Assembly: GCA_035708865.1 (NCBI GenBank)
Contig: DASTFF010000020.1
Location: forward strand, 269-64,268
Source: Gemmatimonadota bacterium
GTDB taxonomy: Bacteria > Gemmatimonadota > Gemmatimonadetes > JACCXV01 > JAHWKZ01
DNA length: 64,000 nt
Reading direction: 5' to 3'
Each line of letters opens with the position of its first letter. Position 1 is the first letter of the stretch. The notes under the pieces are model-generated. The model did no database searches. It was given only the letters and a program-made list of their open reading frames with translations, and had not been told where the DNA came from. The position numbers were made by a program, and so were the translations under genes. Below, piece after piece: positions 43,224 to 51,734 of the stretch.

Positions 43224-45523
43224 ACCGCCGCTCCCTCCTCCTCGCGGACGGCCGCCGCCGCCCGGACCAGGTTCTCGAGCGCCGGAACCACCTCCTCGTA
43301 GCGGCGGGTCTTAAGCCCGCAGTCCGGGTTCACCCACAGCCGCTCGAGCGGGATCACCTCGGCCGACGCGCGGATCCGGGCCGCCATCTCGTCGACCGAC
43401 GGGATCCGCGGGGAGTGGATGTCGTAGACGCCCGGCCCGATGTCGTGGTCGTACTCGAACTCGCGGAAGACCTCGAGGAGCTCGGCGTCCGAGCGGGCGT
43501 TCTCGATCAGCAGGACGTCGGCGTCCATCGCCGCGATGTGCTCGATGATGTCGTTGAACTCCGAGTAGCACATGTGCGTGTGGATCTGGGTGGTGGCCTC
43601 GACGCCCGATGTCGTCACCCGGAACGCGGCGATCGCCCACCGCAGGTAGGCGTCCCATTCGGCGCGCCGCAGCGGCAGCCCTTCCCGCAGCGCGGGCTCG
43701 TCCACCTGGATGACCCGCGCCCCGGCCGTCTCGAGGTCCTTGACCTCGTCGCCGACCGCGAGCGCGAGCTGCAGGCACGTCTCCGAACGCGGCTGATCGT
43801 CGCGCACGAACGACCACTGCAGCATCGTCACCGGGCCCGTCAGCATGCCCTTCACGGGCCGCTCGGTGCACGACTGTGCGTACTTCCACCACTCCACGGT
43901 GATCGGCCGCTCGCGCCGGATGTCGCCGTAGAGAAGCGGCGGCTTCACGTAGCGCGACCCGTAGGACTGGACCCAGCCGTAGCGCGTGAAGGCGTACCCG
44001 TCGAGCCGCTCGCCGAAGTACTCGACCATGTCGTTGCGCTCGAACTCGCCGTGGACCACGACGTCGATCCCGATCTCCTCCTGGAGCCGGATCGCCTTGC
44101 CGATCTCCGACCGGAGGAACTCCTCGTAGGCGGCCCTGTCGACGCGGCCGGCCAGGTAGTCCCGCCGGCGGCTGCGGACCTCCGCGGTCTGCGGGAAGGA
44201 GCCGATCACGGTCGTCGGCAGGGGCGGCAGGTCGAGCCCCTCCCGCTGCGCGGCGCGGCGCTCATCGAACGGCCGCGATCTCACCGCCGCCGCCGGATCG
44301 AGGGCCGCCATCCGCTCGCGCACGGCGGGATCACGCGTGCGGTCGCTGGCCGCGCGCGATGCCAGCCGCTCGCGGTTGGCCGCCAGCTCGTCGGCGATCG
44401 TGTCCCGCCCCGCGCTCAGGCCGCGCGCCAGCGTCGCCACCTCGGCGAGCTTCTCGTCGGCGAAGGCGAGCCAGCCGCGGAGCTCGGGATCGAGCCCGGT
44501 CTCGCGCGAGGCGTCGATCGGCACGTGGATCAGCGAGCAGGAAGGCGCCACGAAGACGCGCTCCCCTCCCACCTTGTCGGCGATCCGCTCCAGCCGCGAC
44601 AGCGCCGCCTCGAGATCGCTGATCCAGACGTTGCGGCCGTCGACGACGCCCGCCGAGATCACTTTTTCCGCCGGGGGCGGCCGGCGCTCGATCCGCTCCA
44701 GGTCACCGGCTCCGCGGACCAGGTCGAGCCCGATGCCGGCGACGGGCAGGTCGAGCAGAGCGTCCCAGGCTGGACCGACGGCCCCGAAATAGGTCTGGAC
44801 GAGGATCCGCGCCGTCCCGGCGGCGCCGGCCAGCGCTCCATACGCCCGGCCCAGCGCGGCGACCTCCTCGGGCGAGCGGTCCTGCACCAGACACGGCTCG
44901 TCGATCTGGATCCACTCGGCACCCGCATGGGCCAGCTCCCGGACGATCTCGGCCACCGCTTCGGTAAGCGGCTCCAGGAGCCGGAGCGGCTCGAAACCCG
45001 GCTCGGTCGGCTTGGCGAGGAGCAGGAAGCTGACCGGCCCGAGCAGGACCGGCCGGGTCCTCAAGCCGGCGGCGCCGGACTCGGCCAGCTCGTCGAGCGG
45101 CTTGCTGCTGGAGATCCGGAAGCGCTGATCCGGAGCCAGCTCAGGCACGATGTAGTGATAGTTGGTGTCGAACCACTTGGTCATCTCCATGGCCGGCACG
45201 TCGAGCCCCTTGCCCTGGGCGCCCCGGGCCATGGCGAAGTAGGTGTCGAGGCCGACCTCCCCGCCGTTCCAGCGGTAGCGCTCCGGGACCGCCCCGACCA
45301 GTGCGACCATGTCGAGCACGTGGTCGTACAGCGAGAAGACGTTCGAGGGGACGTGCGCGATGCCGGCCGCGTGCTGGGTCCGCCACTGCTCGAGGCGCAG
45401 GCGTGAGGCCTCGGCCAGGAGGGCCTCCTGGTCGAGCTTCCCCATCCAGTACGCCTCCGTGGCCCGTTTCAGCTCACGGTCGCGTCCAATGCGGGGGTAT
45501 CCGAGGTTGGTCGACAGCGCCAT
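43220..45523 (-). CDS. metE: Cobalamin-independent methionine synthase
   Basis: 767 aa. LGYPRIGRDRELK at the N-terminus; HMCYSEFNDI and DCGLKTR zinc-site motifs in the C-terminal half. Confidence 0.95.
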   Translation of the reverse strand: MALSTNLGYPRIGRDRELKRATEAYWMGKLDQEALLAEASRLRLEQWRTQHAAGIAHVPSNVFSLYDHVLDMVALVGAVPERYRWNGGEVGLDTYFAMARGAQGKGLDVPAMEMTKWFDTNYHYIVPELAPDQRFRISSSKPLDELAESGAAGLRTRPVLLGPVSFLLLAKPTEPGFEPLRLLEPLTEAVAEIVRELAHAGAEWIQIDEPCLVQDRSPEEVAALGRAYGALAGAAGTARILVQTYFGAVGPAWDALLDLPVAGIGLDLVRGAGDLERIERRPPPAEKVISAGVVDGRNVWISDLEAALSRLERIADKVGGERVFVAPSCSLIHVPIDASRETGLDPELRGWLAFADEKLAEVATLARGLSAGRDTIADELAANRERLASRAASDRTRDPAVRERMAALDPAAAVRSRPFDERRAAQREGLDLPPLPTTVIGSFPQTAEVRSRRRDYLAGRVDRAAYEEFLRSEIGKAIRLQEEIGIDVVVHGEFERNDMVEYFGERLDGYAFTRYGWVQSYGSRYVKPPLLYGDIRRERPITVEWWKYAQSCTERPVKGMLTGPVTMLQWSFVRDDQPRSETCLQLALAVGDEVKDLETAGARVIQVDEPALREGLPLRRAEWDAYLRWAIAAFRVTTSGVEATTQIHTHMCYSEFNDIIEHIAAMDADVLLIENARSDAELLEVFREFEYDHDIGPGVYDIHSPRIPSVDEMAARIRASAEVIPLERLWVNPDCGLKTRRYEEVVPALENLVRAAAAVREEEGAAV

Positions 45524-45580
45524 CGATCGAAGGGTGAGAACGTAGGGGTCGGAGTCGGGCGCCGCAAACGGCGCCGCGGC

Positions 45581-46504
45581 TCAGCGCGCCTCGACCGGCT
45601 CTCCGGGAACGGCCGCCATCTCGACCTCGCCGCTCCCGCGCGCGCGCAGGTAGAGGACGACCCCCGCGGCCAGCGCGAGGACCACGAGCACGCCCTGCCC
45701 GACCAGGGTCTCGACGTACGGGTAGATGCCGAGTACGGGAATCCGGGGCGCGCCCGCGAGACCCGTCTCCGATAGCCAGCCCGCCTCCTGGAGCTCGTGG
45801 ATCCCCTGCCCGGCGAAGATCATCGCCATCAGGTAGAGGAGACCCCCCGTCACCGCGAACAGCGGCCGGATCGGCAGCCGGAGCCCGAACCGGAAGACCG
45901 CCAGACCGATCAGCGCAAGGGCCAGCGCGCCGGCCGCGAACCCGCCCCAGATCGGGAGCGGCTCGCCGATCGCGCCCAGGGCCTCGTAGAAGAGCACGGT
46001 CTCGACGCCCTCCCGATAGACGGCGAGGAAGGCGACCAGCCCGATCGCCCACAGGTTCTCCGCCCGCCCGACCTTCCGACGCAGGTAGGCCATCCAGCGC
46101 CGCACCTCGAGCTTGGAGATCAGCCAGTAGGAGACGTAGAAGAGGACGCCCGCGGCGAGCAGCATGGTGACGCCTTCGATCGCCTCGCGACCGGTCGCCG
46201 CCAGGTCGAGGACGCTGTCTACGACCCAGGCGGTGATCAGGCTGGCGGCCACGGCCAGGGCCGCCGCGCGCCAGATGGCCCGCGAGCCCCGGGCGGAGCC
46301 GGCCTTGGCGGTGGCCGCGGCGAGCGCCGTGCAGAGAAGGAGCGCTTCCAGGCCCTCCCGGAAGAGGATTCCGAACGACTGCAGGAAGGTCGCCCATCCG
46401 GCGATCCCGGTCCCGGTCGCAGCGACGGGATCGTCGGCGAGGACGGGGTGAGGAGCGAGGAGGAGGAGCAGGGCCGAGAAAAGGATGAGACTCAGTCTCA
46501 ACAT
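45581..46504 (-). CDS. FTR1/EfeU-family iron permease
   Basis: Two REGxE motifs in TM helices (FREGLEALL and YREGVETVLF). Has an N-terminal signal-like extension. Confidence 0.8.
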   Translation of the reverse strand: MLRLSLILFSALLLLLAPHPVLADDPVAATGTGIAGWATFLQSFGILFREGLEALLLCTALAAATAKAGSARGSRAIWRAAALAVAASLITAWVVDSVLDLAATGREAIEGVTMLLAAGVLFYVSYWLISKLEVRRWMAYLRRKVGRAENLWAIGLVAFLAVYREGVETVLFYEALGAIGEPLPIWGGFAAGALALALIGLAVFRFGLRLPIRPLFAVTGGLLYLMAMIFAGQGIHELQEAGWLSETGLAGAPRIPVLGIYPYVETLVGQGVLVVLALAAGVVLYLRARGSGEVEMAAVPGEPVEAR

Positions 46505-46535
46505 TTGGCCAAGATCGATCCCTGGGCGGCCGGCG

Positions 46536-47033
46536 TCAACCCCCGGACGCCGCGCTGTCCCCCAGCCACTGTCGGACTTCGGCCGCCTGGGGCGCGTCCG
46601 CCGGCACCAGCTCCAGGTACCGCCGCCAGGCCCCCCGCGCCCGCAGCGTGTCGGCGAGGCCGTCCCGGGCGACCCACCCCTCGAGAAACCAGACCGCAGG
46701 GAGCTCGGGAGCCATCCGCTTGGCCTCGGACAGCTCGCGCTCGGCCTCCTCCCACCGTCCCTGGGACATGAGGGCCACCGCCAGGTCGACCCGCGGGCCA
46801 GGCTCGGAGGGCTGGAGCGAGACCGCCTCCCGGAAGTGACGCTCCGCCTCCGCCATGTCGCCGGCGGCCAGCGACTGCATGCCGAGCCGGACGTGGTCGC
46901 CCGCGCCCACCGGGTGCGGCGCCGCTACGGGGCCCTCCGGGCTCTCCTCCCGGCCGACGTAGACGCCGGCGATGAAGCCCAGCGACAGCGTCACGAACGA
47001 TACCACGACCAGCAGGCCGGGGCCGATTCTCAC
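46536..47033 (-). CDS. Membrane-anchored TPR protein
   Basis: One N-terminal TM helix, then TPR-like repeats (MAEAERHFREAVSLQPSEP..., WEEAERELSEAKRMAPE...). The GTG start overlaps the mtgA stop. Confidence 0.6.
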   Translation of the reverse strand: MRIGPGLLVVVSFVTLSLGFIAGVYVGREESPEGPVAAPHPVGAGDHVRLGMQSLAAGDMAEAERHFREAVSLQPSEPGPRVDLAVALMSQGRWEEAERELSEAKRMAPELPAVWFLEGWVARDGLADTLRARGAWRRYLELVPADAPQAAEVRQWLGDSAASGG

Positions 47034-47917
47034 GACGGCCCGCCAGAGGTCGCGGCCACGCTGTCGATCTCCGCCGGGGTCGGCGCGAGCGCGGGAACGG
47101 AGTCCATCGGGGTGGGCCGTGTCTCGGGGGCCGAGTCCACCGGCGCCGTCGGCAGCTCCAGCGGGTCGGAGGGCCGCAGCTCCGGCCGGCGGGCCGGCCC
47201 GGGGGCCGGCTCCCCACCACCCCTGCCCGTCCCGAACCAGCGGTTCATGCGGGCCAGGACCAGCGACTGCCGCCTTCGCAGCCCGGAGGTGGGCGCCCCC
47301 GGGTTACGGTCCAGCGGCGCCGGGAGCGTCGCGGCCAGGAGCGCCGCCTGGGACGGCGTGAGCCGCGCGGCCGGGCGGCTGAAATAGACCCGCGAGGCGG
47401 CCTCCGCTCCGAACACCCCCGGACCGAGCTCGACCACGTTCAGGTACAGTTCGAGGATCCGGCGCTTGGGGAGCCACAGCTCCATCCACACGGTGAGCGC
47501 GGCTTCGCGCGCCTTCCGCAGGAGGTCGCGGCGCGGTGAGAGGTAGAGGTTCTTGACCGTCTGCTGGGTGATCGTCGAGGCGCCCCGAAGTCGGTCGCCC
47601 CGCTCGCGGGCTTCGATCGCAGAGCGGATCTGCTCGAGGTCGAACCCGTGATGCCGGTAGAACCGCGTGTCCTCGGCGGCCAGCACGGCCGCCTCCAGGT
47701 TCGCGGAGATCCGGTCCAGGGGAACCCACTCGTAACGTGGCGTCCACTCGTGGCCGCGGGCCGCGGCCTCGTCGGCCCGGACGTGCATCAGGGCCGTCGC
47801 GCGGGGCGGGTGGAAGCGGTGCCAGACGACGACCGGGAGCCACATGCCGACCGAGGCGACCGCGAGCGCGACCGACGCGAGGAGGACGAACAGCGCCCAT
47901 CGCAGGATCCGGCGCAT
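47030..47917 (-). CDS. mtgA: Monofunctional peptidoglycan glycosyltransferase with a Pro-rich C-terminal tail
   Basis: GT51 motifs AAEDTRFYRHHGFD, GASTITQQTVKNLYL, RKAREAALTVWME and ILELYLNVVELGPGVFG. The final 70 aa or so are low complexity. Confidence 0.85.
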   Translation of the reverse strand: MRRILRWALFVLLASVALAVASVGMWLPVVVWHRFHPPRATALMHVRADEAAARGHEWTPRYEWVPLDRISANLEAAVLAAEDTRFYRHHGFDLEQIRSAIEARERGDRLRGASTITQQTVKNLYLSPRRDLLRKAREAALTVWMELWLPKRRILELYLNVVELGPGVFGAEAASRVYFSRPAARLTPSQAALLAATLPAPLDRNPGAPTSGLRRRQSLVLARMNRWFGTGRGGGEPAPGPARRPELRPSDPLELPTAPVDSAPETRPTPMDSVPALAPTPAEIDSVAATSGGPS

Positions 47918-48055
47918 GCTAGATACCTGCCGGCGGGCGGCAAACGGCCTCCATCCCTTTCTGCGGGAAGGGTTTACTCCACGGAGGGTCGATCCTACCT
48001 TGATGGATCATCGCGGCTCGAAACGTGCAGCGAGCGCTCCCGAGGGGGTGTATCC

Positions 48056-48244
48056 ATGACCATCGAAAGCGCGCTCCTGGTGCAGGCGGTCAGCGAGTAC
48101 GGCGGGACGGTCTCGTCCTCGGAGGTCTCGACCTTCCTGTCCCGGACCGGCGGTGCCGCAGTCGACTTCCTGGTCGATCACAAGTGGCTGATCGGCGGTC
48201 TCGCCGTCGGCCTCTATCTGTTCCTCAAGTCGGTGTTCGAGTAA
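48056..48244 (+). CDS. Small tail-anchored membrane protein (62 aa), no family recognised
   Basis: ATG at 48056 lies downstream of GAGGGGG. G/C third-position bias is very strong throughout (about 9 in 10 codons by eye). C-terminal TM helix WLIGGLAVGLYLFL. Confidence 0.5.
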   Translation: MTIESALLVQAVSEYGGTVSSSEVSTFLSRTGGAAVDFLVDHKWLIGGLAVGLYLFLKSVFE

Positions 48245-48317
48245 GGCCGCGGTGCCGGAGAGACCGGGAGCGCGAGGCCTCCCCCCGCGCTCCCGCCTCG
48301 TGAAATTTCCGAAACGG

Positions 48318-48611
48318 TTACCTGCGAACCCGGTCCTTCAGCCCCTTGCCGGCACGGAAGGTCGGGACGGTCATCGCCGGGATGGTGATCGAGGCGCCGG
48401 TCCGGGGATTCCGGCCCTGGCGGGTCTTCCGCTTCCGCGTCCCGAAGGTTCCGAAGCCGGTGATCGTGAAGTCGCGTCCGGCATCGAGCTCGGCCGCGAT
48501 GATCCCCTTCCTCGGCTCCGTCGAGAAGATGGCGTCGATCGCGTCGTGCGCCTTCGACTTGGAGACGTCGAGTTTCTTGGCCAGCTTGGCCGCGAAATCG
48601 TCCTTGGTCAT
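48318..48611 (-). CDS. hup: HU-family DNA-binding protein
   Basis: MTKDDFAAKLAKKL...GFGTFGTRKRKTRQGRNPRTGASITIPAMTVPTFRAGKGLKD is a canonical HU arm. Confidence 0.9.
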   Translation of the reverse strand: MTKDDFAAKLAKKLDVSKSKAHDAIDAIFSTEPRKGIIAAELDAGRDFTITGFGTFGTRKRKTRQGRNPRTGASITIPAMTVPTFRAGKGLKDRVRR

Positions 48612-48860
48612 TCCGACCCCCTTCCTGGAGCCCTGACCCCGCTACGACCGAGCGGTCGTTTCCCGCGGGGCGTTACGTGCGGAGAGTGCGATGTTGGGAC
48701 CCGGTTGAGCGGGCCGCAGCCTGTCGCGACGGCGCCCGGAGCACGGGCCTCCCCAATCTGGCGTATCAAGCCGCTTCCCGACAAGTCCAGCCGGGAAGCG
48801 GGTTGCGGGGCCTGCTAGATTCACGGCTCGCTTCACCTCAGGGAGAGGACGTCCTAGGGA

Positions 48861-49547
48861 ATGGAAACGGTGATCGACTTCGTGCTCCACCTGGACGCGC
48901 ATCTGGCCGAGCTCGCCGCCGCGTACGGCACCTGGATGTACGGCCTGCTGTTCCTCGTAGTCTTCGCCGAGACCGGGCTCGTCGTCACCCCGTTCCTGCC
49001 GGGCGACTCGCTCCTCTTCGCCGCGGGAGCCCTGGCCAGCCGAGGGATCTTCGACGTCTGGCTGCTGGCGTCTCTCCTCTTCGCCGCGGCCGTCCTCGGC
49101 GACGCGGTCAACTACTCGGCAGGACACTTCATCGGCCCGCGCGTCTTTCGCGCCGAGGACACATCGACCTTCTGGGACCGGGTCCTGAACCGGCGCCACC
49201 TCGACCGTACCCACGCGTTCTTCGAGCGCTACGGAGGCAAGGCGGTGGTCCTCGGACGGTTCGTGCCGATCGTGCGGACCTTCGTGCCGTTCGTGGCGGG
49301 CGCCGGGTCGATGAGATACCCGAGCTTCGCCGCCTACAATGTCATCGGCGCGGCCCTGTGGGTCGGGATCTGCGTCGGCGGGGGCTACGCGTTCGGCAAC
49401 GTGCCGGTGGTGCAGGAGAACTTCTCGCTGGTCATCATCGGCATCATCGCCGTGTCGGTACTGCCGATGGTGATCGAGTTCGTCAAGAGCCGGCGCGTGG
49501 CGGCGAGCAATGCGATGCGGCTATCGAAAGACCGTTCGGGCAAATGA
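48861..49547 (+). CDS. DedA-family membrane protein
   Basis: FAETGLVVTPFLPGDSLLFAAGALA and GRFVPIVRTFVPFVAGAG are DedA signatures. Confidence 0.9.
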   Translation: METVIDFVLHLDAHLAELAAAYGTWMYGLLFLVVFAETGLVVTPFLPGDSLLFAAGALASRGIFDVWLLASLLFAAAVLGDAVNYSAGHFIGPRVFRAEDTSTFWDRVLNRRHLDRTHAFFERYGGKAVVLGRFVPIVRTFVPFVAGAGSMRYPSFAAYNVIGAALWVGICVGGGYAFGNVPVVQENFSLVIIGIIAVSVLPMVIEFVKSRRVAASNAMRLSKDRSGK

Positions 49548-49617
49548 CCACCTTCTCGGCTATTACGCCCCGCGCTCGCTTCGAAAGCGCTGGCGCCCGA
49601 GGCGCCGCGCACACGGC

Positions 49618-51141
49618 TCAGCGCGTGCGCGCCGTCCCTTCGAGCGCGTAGATCGCGAGATAGAGCTCGCCGGCCTTGTGGCAGACGGAGGCGACCTCGA
49701 TTTCGTCGTCTCCGTCGAAATCGGCGCCCGACGAGGTGTGACCGGTGAGGTAGAGGGTATTGCCGTCCGGTGAAAAACCGCCGGCGTTCACGACGTCGAT
49801 GTGACCGCCGACGATGGTGATCACCTGCTGCAATTGGCCCTCGTTATCGAGGATCGCGGCGAAACCTTCGTACTGGTCGTCGTCGTCCGCCTCTCGCTCC
49901 GGTACCCCGTCGTCGTCGATGTCGAAGTGATTCGTGTACTTGCCGCTCATCACGATGCGCGAGCCGGTAGCGGCGACGTGCTCCGCGGCGGCCGTGTAGG
50001 TCGTCGTCCAGACCCCCTCCCCCCCCGGGGTGACCTGCATCAAGAAAGCGTTCATATCCAGGGAGTACTTGAATATTCGGTCCGCCATGCTGCGAAACTC
50101 GAGGTCGGGAACGCCGTCGCCATCGAAGTCCGGCGGGGCCGAATAGCCGCCGAGCACGAGCAGGTCGCCGTTGGCGGCGATGGCAAGGGACGCGACGGCC
50201 TGGGACGCCGGCCCCGACACGCCGCGGATCCAGACCAGTGAGCCGTGGGCATTCAGCCTCGCGTAGAAGGCGTTGTAATCCAGTAAGGTCGGATCCGTGA
50301 CCGAAGGCGGAGCAGGCTCGGCGACCGGCAGGTCGGGTTCGCCGTCCCCCTCGAAGTCCGGCGCACCGTTGCGATAGTAACCGGCGATATAGATCTCGTC
50401 CTTCGGACCGATGGCGACTCTCTTGCCGGCGGCCAGCGTGGTGGCGTCGGACGCGCGCAGCCAGCGTAGATCGCCGTCACGGGTGAACGAGGCGACCAGG
50501 GCAGCGCCATGGTCGCCCGCAGTCACATCCACGTCTCCGTCCCGATCGACATCGACGGCACCGAAGACCGTACCGATCACGACGACGTTGCCCTCGCTGT
50601 CGCTGGCGACGTCCTCCATGAGATCCTCTCCCGGCCCGCCGATGGGCCGGCCCCAGTCCAGCTCGCTGTCCCGGCCGTAGCGCGCGAGGAACCCGTCGCT
50701 CTTGCCGGCCGAAGGCAATCGCGTGGTTTCCGTCATCTGCAAGACCTCGTTGAACATGCCCGCCACGAAGACACCGCCGTCGCGATCGGACGCGACGGCG
50801 TCCGCGCGGTCCTGTGTCGGTCCACCGGGCCCCCGCGTCCAACCCGTATTGACGCCATCGACGAGCGACACCTTGGAGACGATGGCATCGGGCCTGCCGA
50901 AGGTCGGAATGTCGATCTTGCCGTCTTGGTCCAGATCGATGCTGCCTCGAAATCCGGCCACTAGGATGCTTCCCTCTTCGTCGACCACGAGGTCGGTGCC
51001 CGCGTCGGTGCAGCAGGGCCCGCTCATCATTCGCAGGTCGACGTAGCGGAACCCCGGCACCGGGTCCGCGCTCTGAGCCTCGAGCGATCCCGAAACGGCC
51101 AGACACAGGCCGAGGGCCGGAAAAACTGGACGGCAACCCAT
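49618..51141 (-). CDS. Secreted beta-propeller-like protein with six DxDxDG (FG-GAP/integrin-like calcium-binding) motifs
   Basis: Signal peptide MGCRPVFPALGLCLAVSGSLEAQS. Motifs recur every 60-90 aa: DLDQDGKID, DVDRDGDVD, DFEGDGEPD, DFDGDGVPD, DIDDDGVPE, DFDGDDEIE. Confidence 0.6.
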   Translation of the reverse strand: MGCRPVFPALGLCLAVSGSLEAQSADPVPGFRYVDLRMMSGPCCTDAGTDLVVDEEGSILVAGFRGSIDLDQDGKIDIPTFGRPDAIVSKVSLVDGVNTGWTRGPGGPTQDRADAVASDRDGGVFVAGMFNEVLQMTETTRLPSAGKSDGFLARYGRDSELDWGRPIGGPGEDLMEDVASDSEGNVVVIGTVFGAVDVDRDGDVDVTAGDHGAALVASFTRDGDLRWLRASDATTLAAGKRVAIGPKDEIYIAGYYRNGAPDFEGDGEPDLPVAEPAPPSVTDPTLLDYNAFYARLNAHGSLVWIRGVSGPASQAVASLAIAANGDLLVLGGYSAPPDFDGDGVPDLEFRSMADRIFKYSLDMNAFLMQVTPGGEGVWTTTYTAAAEHVAATGSRIVMSGKYTNHFDIDDDGVPEREADDDDQYEGFAAILDNEGQLQQVITIVGGHIDVVNAGGFSPDGNTLYLTGHTSSGADFDGDDEIEVASVCHKAGELYLAIYALEGTARTR

Positions 51142-51715
51142 GGCTACCTCGCTTCGCAAAGGGGGCTGTCTTCGCCCGATCACTCCCATGATAGTACGCC
51201 CTCGACGGATGAGCACCTGGAACGAGGCTCCTCACCAGAATGTTGGCACCCACCACCCCGTGACGACCGGAACCTGAGAACCGAAACGGGGGCGATTACG
51301 GGGGCGGCAGGCACCCAGGCCCATCGCGACAAATCATGCCTATCTGTCGCGATCGGCAGCTACTGGTCCGTCGTAGTCGGAGCCTTCGTCGAACCGGACA
51401 GGTTCGGACCCCTCTTCGGATTCCAACCAGGCCCAGTAGAATCCCTCAGCCGTTACCATGAGGCCAAAGGGATAGTACCATCCGGGCAGTACCTCCTTCG
51501 CGTGAACCCCGTTGTGCGGTCATCGTGGGCTCAGAAACGGAGACTGGACAGACCTTCCACAGACGATGAGCTGAGGGGCCCAACGTCGCCCCCAGAGAGA
51601 AAAGGTTCCCCGCCCAGACCATAGGTCAGCCCTGCCCCCCTTTTAGATTAAACCAAACGTGGTATTTTGATCTTCGTTGGACGATAGTTAGCCGCCCCGA
51701 CAGACTGATTTTGCC

Positions 51716-51730
51716 GAGAGAGAGAGAGAG
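51716..51730. repeat. (GA)7 dinucleotide tract directly upstream of the PD40 gene ATG
   Basis: gagagagagagagag, followed by gaag and then ATG at 51735. Confidence 0.9.
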
Positions 51731-51734
51731 GAAG

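Noticed and set aside
45524-45580. Possible SAM or cobalamin riboswitch in front of metE.
   Set aside because: The gap to the upstream FTR1 gene is only 57 nt and holds just one short GGCGCC hairpin. That is far too short for either riboswitch class.
51355-51480. A direct repeat of the tRNA-Arg(CCG) 3' end (an att site) that would delimit the putative island, and a tRNA-like remnant around GTCGAACCGGACAGGTTCGGAC.
   Set aside because: No convincing match to the tRNA 3' segment was visible by eye. The CGAACC/GGTTCG hairpin is too short and lacks T-arm consensus. A computed repeat search is needed.
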